64,000 bases of DNA from Cetorhinus maximus (lineage: Eukaryota): the NCBI RefSeq assembly GCF_964194155.1, contig NC_135879.1:207390001-207454000 (forward strand). Direction: 5' to 3'. Positions 25,940 through 38,640 of the stretch are shown piece after piece; position 1 is the first letter of the stretch, and the number at the start of each line of letters is the position of its first letter. The notes below the pieces were generated by a model. That model made no database searches and was not told the DNA's origin. It saw nothing but the letters and a program-made list of their open reading frames with translations. The position numbers and the translations under genes were made by a program.

Positions 25940-27393
25940 GGGGGGGTGGGGGGGGGAGAGAGATGTTGGGAATGCGGGGGGGGGGCATGCTAGATTAGAT
26001 GTCATGCCCACCGCCCCCAGAAAGAGTGCGAAGGCTGTTGGAAGCGATCTGGGCAGGAGGACTGCCTCTGTGGTGAAGTAGTTTTAAAAATGAACAAATC
26101 AAAAGCCCGCCAACCCACACCACCCGCACAGTACCCTAGCCCCATCCATACCAGCCGATTCCACCTCATGCCCCCACCCACGCCCATGTCCCCCTATATC
26201 TCCATGCCACCCTATACCCCTCTACCCATTTCCCATGGACCATAATACATCCTATGCCAACCCATGCCCCTCACCCATCCCCATGGCCCTTTATAGCCCC
26301 TGCGCCAACTCATACCAACCCCACCCACCATCTTTTGCTCTTATCCACTCCATGCCAACTGACCTAACATCCACCATGGACAAACCTCAGGAGCCATGCT
26401 GACATAAAATAACTTGACATGTCTATGGATGATATCATTTAAAAATAAACTCCCATTTATAAAAAAAATCAATATATTGAAATTCCTTCAACTAACCTCT
26501 TTTAAACAGACATTTCTATTCTATAACCACTTGGAGCTGTCACTCAAACTGCTCACTTAACAGACATCCCACTGTGATAATGTTTGGTTGTAAAATCAGT
26601 TATGCAGCACAAATCTTATAATATGATAGACTTCAGGCTTATGTAAACAGACAGAGTGAAATATCAAGCACTATTTTTTTTTAAACGCCATAGTTTTTAA
26701 ATTTAAAGCCCAGCAGAGTTAAATCCCTTGACAGATTCAACAGTTCCAATGAGTTTTGACAGTTTCTTGACAGCTTGGTCAGTTCTTTGACAGCTTGACA
26801 TTCTTTGACAGCTTTGAAAGCTCTTTGAAAGCGTTGACAGTTCTTTGACAGTGGACTCAATGGCCTTCTTCTGCGCTGTAACAATTCTATGATTCTGTAA
26901 TTCTGTGACAGCTTGGAAATTCTAATGAGTGTGTACACTTTTTATGCACAATCGTGTCTACTTTTAACAATCCCAAAGGGCACTTGACCTTTCTCAAAGG
27001 GTGCCTTACCGCCTCTCTGCCCCCAAAGGTGTCCAGGGACCATATCAAAAGGGATATCTTACCTTTCCAAAAGGGCACCCTGGCTATCCGAACAAATCCA
27101 CAAGGTCCAGAGCTGCTCTTACTTGGTCTAATCTGCACATTTCAGGTTTCAGACACCTACCTCACCAACACACCTACATCACACATGAGTGGGGGCAATT
27201 GCTGATCCATATGGACAGCTGCCTCCGGGAACCATGGGTGGGCAATTTAGAACCTATCCCCATTCCCCACTAAGCACCCCCCCGCAATCAAAATAGTGAA
27301 GGCTGGGTTCGGGGGCGGAACTCCAAGATTTGGGCCTCTGCCAGCATTTTTGCAACCAGAAAGAGCCTCTCCATCTGTGTGAAAATTCAGGCC
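25940..27393. mobile_element. Degenerate non-autonomous DNA element with a CCATGCC-rich block and a TTGACAG array
   Basis: Terminus TGAAAATTCAGGCC as at 1621; low-complexity blocks; small CR1 tail inserted at ~26852-26905. Confidence 0.5.
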
Positions 27394-27884
27394 AATGCTT
27401 TTGCACTTATAGCAATTTTCCTCTGGGTGATGAATGCCTTCCAGAAGTCAGGACTAGGGGTCCTCCAGGAGAATGTCAATATCTGGGCAGAGGACTTGTC
27501 TCGCACAAAAAGAAGACTTGAAGGAGGGAAACCAGAACTTTGCAAATTAAAATGAATGATAAAGCATCGAAGCAAAATAAATATATGTTTAGATCTCACT
27601 TAAAATAAATGAATTATTTAAATCGGATGGATATTTTGAATATGTTTTTGTACTGAGAGCAACGACTTTACAGGATCTGATTGGCAGCACTGAAAGCATT
27701 GTCTCAAGCATTTATAGTGCTGTGAAGCACTCCTTTGTAGCACATTTGCACATAGATAATTTAAAAGCACACAGTAGAAGAGCGGATGGGAACATCATGC
27801 TAAATGTTTATTAACAATTACAAACCATTAAAAAAAATTTGAAATCTATCCATATTCACTTAACGAACAGACTAAATATGTACA

Positions 27885-28020
27885 AAAGCAAAATATGGTG
27901 GATGCTGAAAATCTGAAATGGAAAGAGGAAATACTGAAAATACAGGCAATATTTGTGGAGCGCAAAATAATTAACGTTTCAGGTCAATGACCTTTCATCC
28001 AGCCTGCTGAGCACTTCCAG
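27885..28020 (-). mobile_element. Penelope-like pseudo-LTR fragment with a short inverted tail
   Basis: Minus strand GATGA-AAGGTCATTGACCT-GAAACGTT. The segment at 28003-28020 (CCTGCTGAGCACTTCCAG) is in the opposite orientation. Confidence 0.6.
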
Positions 28021-28391
28021 ACTAACTACGTGTTTTTATAAATCATGTTACTGATCTAGACCTTGCAATCAAAGGAACCATTTAAAATCTTCTGACGACA
28101 CTAAATTTAGGGGTTAAATTCACTACGGTCACACACTGCCCTAGAGAGGCAGGAATCAAATTGAAATCAGAAATTCCACCAGGAGCCCTCTGGCAGTTAA
28201 AATCTTCCTCATAAAACAGTACCTGTTTTCTCTCTCTCCAAATAAAAACATCGCTTGCTGAATAATTTATTTCAAAAAGCCAGTGTTTTTTTTAAGTAGA
28301 ATATAATGAGACCAACAGGGGAAAATTAAGTCAATCATTGTTTAATATACAAAAAAACCTGCATTAATTATCATTGACTGTTAATTAACAG

Positions 28392-28410
28392 TATATATAT
28401 ATATATATAT
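28392..28410. repeat. (TA)n microsatellite abutting the donor of coding exon 2
   Basis: A TATATA run starts at intron position +7. Confidence 0.9.
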
Positions 28411-28416
28411 CATTAC

Positions 28417-28496
28417 CTTTCCTGCCCAGCTGTATCCCACAGTTGGAGATGAATTTTAAAAGGGTTTTTACCATTTGCGCCTCCAACATGATGCAC
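28417..28496 (-). CDS. RAB27B: RAB27B coding exon 2 (80 nt; absent from the ORF track)
   Basis: Read by hand: ttag|GTG CAT CAT GTT GGA...TGG GAT ACA GCT GGG CAG GAA AG|gtaatg, giving VHHVGGANGKNPFKIHLQLWDTAGQE(R). Confidence 0.95.
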
Positions 28497-29149
28497 CTAA
28501 AAAATAAATAAAATCAGGTTGGCAATCTTGCCTGTCAAAGATGGCTTGCTGCAGGAAAGTAGACATTCATGCCTTTGGCTCAAATAATATTAGTAGGTTT
28601 ATTATATCCATTAATTACACGTAGCAGAACTCAGGTTTTGCAGTAAGGAGTCAGTGGCACCATGGGGTGGATTTCCTATAGCTACTTGCTCCATTTACAC
28701 TGGAAAACAGGGCGATAAACACCATGGGTGCAGAAAAATATTCTGGGCCGCTGCGGGTTCTAGTACGCACCACCAGCCCCCAGCCAATAGTCTTGAGATT
28801 GTCCCTCCCCGCACACCAGGTTGGCCAACCTGGCCCATTTCCTGCCCTTCCTCACCAGCAAACCATTTCAGGGTGCCCCTTTAGCATAGGCAGCCTGCGG
28901 GCGCATTCTAATAAGATATGACCAACTGGGATGGTTCAGGTTTCTAGCTAGCGATGGGGTTCATGACAGGATCATAACAACGTCCAACAGATTACAGCAA
29001 CAAAACAAAATCAGTACCCATTAGATTCTAATCCATGAGGCAACATTTTATTTAGAGATTTGAAAAACCTTCTGCCCCTCTTCCAGATAATTCTGCTCTA
29101 ACAGGCTGAAAAACAGATCATAAAATGATATTCTTCTTTCATTTTTCAA

Positions 29150-29617
29150 ATGGCTCAACACCATCCAGGATAAAATAGTCTGTTTGATTGGCATCCCATC
29201 CACTAACTTAAACATTGACTCCCTCCACCCCTGACGCACAGTAGCAGCAGTGTGTACCAACTACAAGATGCACTGCAGCAACTCGCCAAAGTTACCTCGC
29301 CAGCACCTTCCAAACCTGCAAACTCTACCACCTAGAAGGACAAGGGCAGCAGATAGATGGGAACACTGCCACCTGCAAGTTATCCTCCAAGCCACTCAGC
29401 ATCCTGACTTGGAAATATATCACCATTCCTTCACTGCCATTGGGTCAAAATCCTGGATCTCCCTCCCTAACAGCACTGTGGGTGTACCTATGCCACAGGG
29501 ACTGCAGCGGTTCAAGAAGGCAGCTCACCACCACCTTCCCAAGGACAACTGGGGATGGGCAATAAATGTTGACCTAGCCAACGACACCACATCCCATGAA
29601 TAAATTAGAAAAAAAAT
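29150..29617 (+). mobile_element. LINE-B 3' end
   Basis: CTNYKMHCSNSPK followed by the conserved 3'UTR and A-tail. Confidence 0.85.
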
Positions 29618-29941
29618 TGCAAGAAAGCAGGTTTATCATTGGGAAAATCATGGCAACCTTTGACTGTATCTTCAGTACCAAGAGACAAGAGGGGAAAATA
29701 CTTTCATTACAAAATATACTTCACTCTCCCCTTTGTTTCATGTTAAATAGTACTTTTTAAAATGTAATGTTTTATCAGGGATATCCTCAGGTTTCTTTAC
29801 GGTAACATGGAGACCTGTTATTATTGTCTATCCACTGGTGAGTTGATGGAGCAATGGTGAACTGTCACATGCAAAATATTAGACATGGGCGCTCTGCACT
29901 GGCAGCAATGTTGATCAGGAATCACACAAGCCACAGAAAGT

Positions 29942-31469
29942 TGTGATGATGTGTATATTTTTATATTTGTGTTTATGTACATATTCTGTGTGGGTAAGGG
30001 TAAAGCTGTGTCTATGTGTGTCCAGGGTTAGCCAAAGGCAAGGTTGTTGGAGCCAGATTGTCTGTAGAAAGTAAGAGGTAAAAGATTAAAGGTGTGATCT
30101 TGCGTTTGTAATGTGGCCTTCTGGTGGGTTTTAACTTACAAGTAAACATGGTAGATTTGAAATGAGCGTTTGTGGATAAGTGCGGCCAACCCAAATGAGC
30201 ATCAAATGACGCGGGATACTTTGGTCGGCAGGCGTGCCCGGGAGTTGGCAGCGCGCCCGTTGACAATTAACAGGCCTAATAAGGCCAAAGAAGTACCAAC
30301 TGAATTAAATTTTTCGCCCATCCCACGGGCAGGATGAGGTTTCCAACGTTAAAAATTAAATAAAACTTTTAACATTTCATTAATAACATGTCTCTGCTCA
30401 CGTGACAGAGTCATATGAGGGCACATCTTTTTTAACATTTTAAAATTCTTTATTTTTAATTTTTAAAATCTTCATCTCCCTGAGGCAGCTCTGTGCCTCA
30501 AGGAGCTATTCCTGCGCCCACACGCACGCATGCGCAAAGTTCCCTGCTCGCCCTCCTCCACACCCCTCCCCCCCACGCACACAGGCAGTGCTGCAGCACG
30601 CACTTCACGCTGGGCGGGCCTCAATTGGCCTGATTGCAGGTGGCGACCGCTCCCGCTTGCCCCTGCCGACCCCGCCCGATGAGGGCAAAGTTCTGTCCAT
30701 GCATTTTAAAGGAGATATGTGAGTAAACAGGGGCAGGCATTTTAAACTTTATTGACCCAAAATAGAGAGGAAATGGGAACATAAAAGGTTTAATATTTGG
30801 GAAACACAGTTTTCAAAGAGATATTTGAAGACAATGGAGGACTAAGATGAACGGGATGAAAAGGGTATTTATGACAACAGGGTTTCAGCTGTAGTGAGTT
30901 GCTATGGGGGAAGTCCCACTGAAAGCCAATTCCTGTGTGTCTGGAATGTGCTGGAAAAGCTGTGAAAGTCTTTTAATTGAAGAAATGCAGCTCAAATTTT
31001 GGACCAGCAGAATATTTGTCCTGAGGAACAGTTTGTTTCAAATTTCCCTTTGGAAAAACCACATCAGCGTGGAGTTGTTCTGGGAAGTCATGGATTGCAC
31101 TTCTGTTTAAAAAATGAAAGCAATTTCTCGGTTTGGGTAATATTTCCTAGATTTTATGGTTAAGGATCTATAAGGGCTATTGCCAAAAGGATAGTTTTAA
31201 TGTGTACCTTTGATAATGCTTTTTGGGGTGTGTTTTGTAAGATTTTTCTAAGTTCTTATCTTTTATCTCGTGTGCTTAAGTTTTTTTCTCTTTTAATAAA
31301 CATTTTAATTCTTCAGATTTTAAAAACGTTATCACTGGAGTCCTGCGCTTTTGAGTTCAGTAGCTTTCCCTCTTCGTTTCTACAATACAAAAAAAAATAC
31401 GATGGGATGAGACGGATTTCAACCTGATATCTGGCTTGTGCAGCACTAACGTCAGCTACGGTCAAAACA
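29942..31469 (+). mobile_element. Solo LTR with a nested partial Harbinger MITE (~30181-30698)
   Basis: TGTGAT...AAACA termini and 4-bp TSD AAGT. The 3' end TCAGCTACGGTCAAAACA resembles the LTRs at 37384 and 46953. AATAAA at ~31295. Confidence 0.7.
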
Positions 31470-31947
31470 AAGTCAATGGCAGTTGGATGTTTGTCAGTTT
31501 AGGAATTCCAATATTCACTAGACTTAGTTCAAGTTGCTGATACAGAGGATTCCCCAGGATGTTGCTTCCTTGTAGGCCCAGAACGGATCTCAGTTTAACA
31601 ACTCTCTGGCAGAGAGGAAACTCAAGGCTGGAGGATCTTCACTGATCCAAAAATGTCAAAATAAAACCATCTCCTACCAGGTGATAGAGTTTTGTTTAAA
31701 CTCTGAACATTATATTGATTGCGCAGAGAGAGAAGAGGCACTTTCTATTGGAAACACTGCCCTAGTTATCCTTCCTTAATTTCCTTCGCGAAAAGAAGAA
31801 GTTTTACTTAAATGCTTGATTAATGTTCGTTGCTGGGTTGAACTTGGCATACTAAAGCACCATCTGCAGCACTGGGGGATTTGTCGTGGGCAGTATCAAT
31901 ATGTTACTCATCGCACATCAAGATTAGGATAGAATTAAATACATCAT

Positions 31948-32640
31948 GGCCAGGATTTTCCAGTCGGTGAGCGGGGGGGGGACAGAGCCCGCTCGCCGAC
32001 GCGTAAAATGACGCAGGATGACGTTGGGTGAAGCTCCCGATGTCACCCTGCCTCATTTCAATTTTCAGGTCGGCAGGGACGAAGCCGAATCAGCTGTGCA
32101 CCCCTCGATCTGTCAACTGCCCATTGAGGACATTGACAAAGTAATTAAAGTAATTAGTGGACCTGCCTGTCCAACCTTAAGGTTAGCGGGCAGGCCGTGA
32201 GCCCTGGCGGGCATTGGAAAAAGCATGAAACCTCGTCCACGGGCGGGACGAGGTTTCATGTAGGTTTTTAAAAATTTAATAAAGGTGTAACTAAAAGTGA
32301 TGGACATGTCCCAACTCATGTGACAGTGTCACATGAGGGGATATATCAGGGAATTTTTTTTGTTTTTAAGATTTTTTATTGTGGAGCTGATCTCCCTGAG
32401 GCAGCACTTAGCCTCAGGGAGATGAGTGCGCTCCTTCGTGCGCATGCGCGAAAGAGCGCACTCTCGGCTCAGGGAATACCCCCTCCACAGGGAGCGCATA
32501 GTGCTTCCTTGCGGACGTCACGCTGGGCGGGCCTTAATTGGCCCGCCCACGTAAAATGGTGGCACGCCCCCGATTGGGGGCCACCGATCAGAGGTGCGCC
32601 CGCTCCTGAACTTCTCCCTGACAGAGGGAAAGTTCTGCCT
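31948..32640. mobile_element. 693-bp Harbinger-type MITE
   Basis: TIR GGCCAGGATTTTC / GAAAGTTCTGCCT; TSD CAT; collinear with 17351-18044. Confidence 0.88.
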
Positions 32641-32696
32641 CATGACACTGTCTTTTAGGGAGTTTTGGGACTGAAAAACATCCCACTTTGCATCAA

Positions 32697-33595
32697 GTTT
32701 TTTTTATTCTTTCATGGGATGTGGGTGTCGTAGGCAAGGGCAACATTTGTTACCCATCCCTAATTGCCCTTGTGAAAGGGATGATACCAACCAGCAGAGA
32801 GTTTTCCCCCTGATTCCCATTGACTCCAGCTTTGCTAGGGCTCCTTGATGCCACAATCAGTCAAATGTGGCCTTGAGGTCAAGGGCAGCCACTCCAACCT
32901 CCCCTCTTGATTCAGCTCTTTTGTCCATGTTTGGACCAAGGCCAATAATTTAAAATAACAGCAATGAAAATTTTAGGCTACTCTGTCAAAAGAGTCTTTG
33001 AAAGGTTCAGCACAGAAGGTGGCCAATCTGCCCATTGTGTTTATGCTGGTTCTCTGCAAGAGTAACCCAGATAGCCCCACTCCTCCAGGGGATAATCATC
33101 TTCGTCAATGCTTAGTCAACAAAATAAATCAGGACAAAGTGTGTTCACTGGTGGAGGGTCGGTAACCATAGTAAAATGATTTAAAATTATTGGCATAAGA
33201 ACCAGAGGGGAAATGAGAATTATTTTTCTGCAGCAACACTTTGTGATCTTGAAGGGTGGGGAAGCAGATTCAATAGACACTTTCAAAGGGAATTGGATAA
33301 ATACTTGAAAATAAAATAAAATTGTAGGACTATGGGAGAAGAGCAGGGGAAGAGACTGATTGGATGGCTTATTTAAAGAGCCAGCACAGGCACAATGGAT
33401 TTTTTCAAAATCAAAATCAATCGATGCCAGTGAGCATCGCTGGCTGGACCAGCACTTATTGCCCATCCCTAATTACCCTTGAGAAGGTGGTGGTGAGCTG
33501 CCTTCTTGAATAACTGCAGTCCATGTGGTGCAGGTACACGCACAGTGCTGTTAGGGCTTCGTAGCCTCCTTTTGTGCTGCATGAATCTATGATTT
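32697..33595. mobile_element. Cluster of short LINE-B (-) and CR1 (+/-) fragments
   Basis: LINE-B tails at 32697-32775 and 33425-33555, an internal LINE-B piece at ~32790-32942, and a CR1 3' end at ~33150-33400. Confidence 0.65.
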
Positions 33596-33654
33596 TCGGT
33601 ACGTAAGTAGATTGAGATTTCCTCTCAGTTCAGTAGTTCGTGATCTCCTCTCAA

Positions 33655-34870
33655 TAGAATCACAGAATTATTACAATGGAAAAAGAGGCCATTCAACCCT
33701 TTGTGTCTGCACCAGCTCTCTGACTGAGCAATTCACTTAGTGCCGTTCTCCCATCTTCTCCACATTACCTTGCAAATTCTTCCTTTTCCGACAACATTCC
33801 CTCTTGATCTCCTTGATTGAACCTGCCTCCACCACACCATCAGACAGAGCATTCCAGACATTACCAGCTCACTGTGTGAAAAAGTTTTTTCTCATGTCGC
33901 TTTTGCTTCTTTTAAATGTTTCCTCTTGTTCTCGAGCCTTTCATGAGTGGGAACAGTTTCTCCCTATCCACTCTGTCCAGGCCCCTCATGATTTTGAATA
34001 CCTCTATCAAATCTCCTCTCAGCTTTCTTTTCTCAAAGGAAAACAGCCCCAACTTCCCCAGTCTATCATCACTGAAGTTTCTCATCTCTGGAACCATTCT
34101 CGTGAATCCTTTCTGCACTCTCTCTAATGCCTTCACATCTTTCCTAAAGTGTGATGCCCAGAATTGGACACAATACTCCAGCTGAGGCCAAACTAGTGTC
34201 CTATACAAGTTCAACATAGCCTCCTTGCTCTTTTGTTCTATGCCCTTATTAAAAAAGGCCTAGGATACTGTATGCTTTATTAACCGCATTCTCAACCTGT
34301 CCTGCCACCTTCATGGCTTATGCACATATACACCCATGTCCCTCTGCACCTGCAGCCCCTGTAGAATTGTATCCTTTATTTTATATTGTCTCTCCACGTT
34401 CTTCCTACCAAAATGAATCACTTCACATTTCTCTGCATTGAACTTCATCTGCCACCTGTCTGCCCATTCCACCAACTTGTCTATGTCCTTTTGAAGTTCT
34501 ACATTATCTTCCTCAGAGTTCACAATGCTTCCAAGTTTCATATCATCTGCAAATTTTGAATTTGTGCCCTGTACCCCAAGGTCTAGGTCATTAATGTATA
34601 TCAGGAAGAGCAAGGGTCCCAACACTGATCCCTGGGGAACTCCATTACAAACTTTCCTCCAGCCCGAAAAACATCCATTCACCATTACTCTCTGTTTCCT
34701 GTCACTCAGCCAGTTTGTTATTCATGTTGCTACTGTCCCTTTTATTCCATTAGCTATAAATTTGCTCACAAGTCTGTTGTGCAGCACTGTGTCGAAAGTC
34801 TTTTGGAATTCCATATATACCACATCAAGAACATTTCTCTAAAAAGCCCTCTCTGTTAACTTTTCAAAAA
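33655..34870 (-). mobile_element. 5'-truncated CR1 LINE
   Basis: GVPQGSVLGPLLFLIYIND, KFADD and LYRTLVWPQLEYCVQFW. Confidence 0.92.
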
Positions 34871-35296
34871 ACCAAAAATAGTTTCCTCCCAGAAACATGC
34901 AGTGGGAAGAATGCAAGGCATTAAGCAACTTAATACACTCTATAATCTCACTCTTCAGAGCAGCAATATGCTGCTTGGACTATTACAAACTCACTTTTCG
35001 GACTAAATTAGTTGAATTCATCAAGATTCAACTCACAAGAGATTCCCCTAACCCAGAATGGACATTGCAGGAAGAGGAAGCGAAGGACATCTTAAGATAA
35101 ATAACTGCTATTGAAAACCCAGACTTTTCACGACAGCATATCCAAATAATTGACAAATGATGGTCTTTACAAGTAAAATTAAAATGAAATTTTAAAAACT
35201 AGTTTAATTTCTTTTGCAGTATTTTACCCCTTTAGTCCATGTTTGTAAATTATTAGACCACAGCTGGAATGGTTAAAACAGCAGGCAAACACTCAC

Positions 35297-35449
35297 CAGT
35301 CTCTTTTCTCGAAAGTCAATTCCCACTGTGGTGACAAACTTGGGGTTGAACTTATTCTCTGTGTATCTGTACAGAAACGTGGTCTTACCGACTCCCGAGT
35401 CTCCAAGAGCCAGGAGCTTGATCAGATAATCATAGTCCCCATCAGTCAT
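35297..35449 (-). CDS. RAB27B: RAB27B coding exon 1 (aa 1-51); the exon probably starts at 35468 with 19 nt of 5'UTR
   Basis: ATG at 35449. Encodes [51 protein letters not shown]. Donor gtgagt at 35296-35291; upstream acceptor ttttacag with AG at 35470-35469. Confidence 0.97.
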
Positions 35450-36866
35450 AGTGCTATTCACGCTGGCGCTGTAAAAACCAGGTCAGAAAGAGCAGGGCAT
35501 GAGAACCAAAATCTCACAGTACAAAGTGTAACCATCACTCATGAGATCCTATCCTTACGGCTGTTGATAAACAAACATGAAGGTTTCAAATGGCCCCAAA
35601 GATACACAGCCACTGAATGCTCCTCACCCAGGCAGCTCAAGAATTTTAATAAAAAAATTATTGATATACATGCGAATCTCAAAATAGATATCAATAGAAA
35701 GTGTCTTGTGATCCTTTGGTATTCTTAATCCTTTTGAAGTAGAAGTGCAATTTAATTTAAGCACAAAGCTGGCTTTTAGCTACTGTACAACCTATTACAG
35801 CTACTAAGGCTGAAACACTTCCTCTCAACTTTTTCCATTATAAATTCTTATGCTCACATAACTACCTGGTAACTCCCTCACGCTTGGAGTGGGGGGGTGG
35901 GGTGGGGTGGGATTTTACCAAGCCCACAAGCAAAATGTTGATTTGCTGACAGCGGATTGAGATGCAGAGATAAAGTCAGTGGCATGTTGAGCATTACACT
36001 GGCCTGTGGCAGGTTTCACTTGATATTTGCATACCATGAATATTCATTAGTGTAAAACAGCTTTAATAAAGTCCTACCCTTAGGTAAAGTCAACAGCACA
36101 CAAGAATCTCATGGCACCCTGTTTATGATTGTTTGAAGGTGGTGTGCACCACTGTTTGAAGGTGGCTTTGTGCAGTTGTGTGTAAGGTCAGCAGTTTTCC
36201 TTGTTTAACTCGACGGCACAAGGGAGGGGAGCAGGAGAATGGACTCTTGCATCGAGGCTCGGGACCAGAAAGAGTGAGTCAGTGGTGAGAGGGTTTGTGC
36301 AATGGAGCCAGGGGCATGGAAGAGTGGAAGTATCCAGGGGAGGACAAAGGATGGAGTTGGGGGCATCTAGGAATGAAGTGGGAAGGGCCTAAAACCTTGG
36401 GTGTGGTGGGGACAGTCAATCAAGGTAAGAAAATAAGGAGCCTAAAGGGCAGTGTCACTACTGTCCAAATGTATGTCCAACTCAGGGTGTCGGATGGCAG
36501 AGTCCTTACAGGGCTTTGAGTTCACCTGTGACATTTCACTTACCCCTGCTGAGAATGATCTCGGACAATGTCCTTTACAATGCATAGAAGGGAGGGCCAG
36601 CTAAGCCTGCAAGTTCACGCATGTCCCACAGAGTGGTAAGTATAACACTGGACACTAACATGAGCATTCAATAAAGATTGAACAAATATCACAAAATTCT
36701 TTCTTTCACTTTAAAGGAAAAACCCCTAATTCCCCCGCAATTATCAATGTATACCAACCGTGAGGCGTACCATTACATTTAGCTCTCTGACTAATAAGCC
36801 TATCTCAAAAAATAACAAGGGTGCACACATGAATAAAGTGGAACCAATGTAATGTAAAATATTTTC

Positions 36867-37065
36867 TGTAGTATAAGGGGTTAATTCTAACTGTATGATA
36901 TGCTAAGAGACACAGTGTATATTATCACAGGAAGTGATGCAATGTCACATGGTCCTGCTCTCTCTTGTTGACCTCATGGTAAGATGAAGCCACAGTAAGA
37001 TGTTGCTTACCTCAGCAGACTCTGTGAATGTTCTGTGTCACCACAACAAGGCCCAGAATGTTACA
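36867..37065. mobile_element. 199-bp solo LTR
   Basis: TGTA...TACA termini flanked by a perfect 5-bp TSD TTTTC. Confidence 0.65.
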
Positions 37066-37383
37066 TTTTCAAGTGAAATTTAATTTGAAAAGCATGCCAA
37101 CATTGTGCTCCGAAGTCTTAGGTTAATGGCCATGTAGTTGAGCAGGAAAGTTGTGGCTGTAAGGCTGAGTCTCCCTGTTTGATCAGGAGGTACTTTTATA
37201 GCCCACCCGTACCTGCTGCATTGGCAGCTGATGGTGGATTTCACCAATCAAAAGCTTCCCACTGCTAAGTCACATGTGTTTTCCAAACACGCCACTGGCA
37301 CTTAGAATTTTAATTATAATCACTTGGGAAATGGCAAAAAAGGGAGAAAGTGCAAGTGGCATGCAGTTCCGGTTACAATGTCA

Positions 37384-38640
37384 TGTTACGATCCTAGCTG
37401 ATGTTAATACCGGACAAGTCAGGTCCCAAAGTGAAACCTGGTTGATAGATCCTAATCTTGCTTTTTTTGGAAGTTGTGGAGGAAAGTTACTGAACAGATT
37501 CACAGAAGTCTGCTGATCTACTTTTAACACAAAGAATAAAATATTTATTAAGCAAGAAAAATATTACACCAGGCAAAAAGGTTGTAAAGATCTCAATACA
37601 AACACAAGACAATGATTAAAATATTCACAATTCCTCCACCCCAGCTATATTTTTACAAGTGCATACAGATTTGGAAAGACAAAAAATTTACCATATCTGT
37701 CTTATATTTTAATATTCTGGGTAAATATGCAGTACATGTAAGCAAACTGGTGAACTGTGGTCAGACATACTACACTCCAAAGTAAATGACAACCAAAGTA
37801 GATTCAATGGATTTCTCAACAACCCTGGTGGGCCAACCAGTCTCACTGAAACTCTATCTTTCTCACGGGGGTTTCCATTTACACTCTTGAACAGCTCACC
37901 TTGGAGTTCTCTCCAAATTCACTCCCACTTGGATGGCTTCAACAAGAATCTACTTCCAGGGTTTCAACCTCGCCTTCCAAGATTCCTTTCCCCTGGATCT
38001 CCGAGTACATTGACACTTCACCTTCCAAGCACACTTTCAGATCTTTGGTCATGCCAAGCAGAATACCACTGCTCCACAAGGGTACCTTTGCCCTTACGGC
38101 CTGCAGCACGGAGTCACCAACTTTTGGCTGCCCTCTTGGATCTGCTGGACTTCTTTCAAGCACACTTTTCTTCAACTCTGCACCCTGCAGCTCTTTCTTT
38201 AACTCGGAGCCTTTTTCTCTGCTCCTGTCATTTATCTTGACTCAATGGATCTATCCCTGATCCCTGTTTTTGTCCCTGCCTGGAACTTTGTTCTGGGACC
38301 TCTTTCTTTCCCATTCCCTGGTTTGGGACCTTCTTTTTGATTTGGCACCTTCTCCCTGACCTCCTCCCCTTGACCTGCTCCTTGGGACACACTCTCTGGA
38401 ATGGCCCTCTGGTTCCAGGTCACTTGACCTGCTTTTCATGCCATTTACTCCTCGTTTCTCCTGCACAGACGCGCAGGGCAGGTTCCCGGCCTAAGAATGT
38501 AAAAAAACTAGGTGCATGTGTGTGGCTCTTTCCCAGCCGACACATGCACAGGAGGTCCGAGGCCCACTGGGAACTGGAGTTCCTGGCTTCCAAACTCCCA
38601 AACTCAACTTAGGGTAAGATTTGTCTTGAGTTTCATCACA
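37384..38640 (-). mobile_element. ~1.26-kb solo LTR
   Basis: TG...CA termini and TSD GTCA/GTTA (one mismatch). The left end TGTTACGATCCTAGCTGATG is nearly the reverse complement of the 48978 terminus. Confidence 0.7.

Larger units (their letters stand above)
8359..35468 (-). other. RAB27B: RAB27B gene, span from first coding exon to stop codon (5 coding exons, 216 aa)
   Basis: Exon lengths 153+80+104+124+190 = 651 nt with consistent phases. The protein has G1 GDSGVGKT, G3 WDTAGQE, G4 GNKAD, G5 ESSA and a C-terminal CAC. The N-terminus [16 protein letters not shown]...KTTFLYRYT matches Rab27B rather than Rab27A (MSDG...KFLALG...KTSVLYQYT). Confidence 0.96.

Noticed and set aside
26729-26911. 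CRISPR-like array
   Set aside because: The locus is eukaryotic, the units are short and degenerate, and there are no unique spacers or cas genes.
8359-35449. Assignment as RAB27A
   Set aside because: Diagnostic residues (T2, [29 protein letters not shown]) match Rab27B.
35450-35461. Upstream GTG start (MNST...) for RAB27B
   Set aside because: It is an alternative-start artefact of the ORF caller. The conserved start is the ATG at 35449.
35886-35912. G-quadruplex-forming G-run upstream of coding exon 1
   Set aside because: Similar G-runs are scattered through the window (e.g. 1781, 7829, 25940, 48222) and nothing indicates function.
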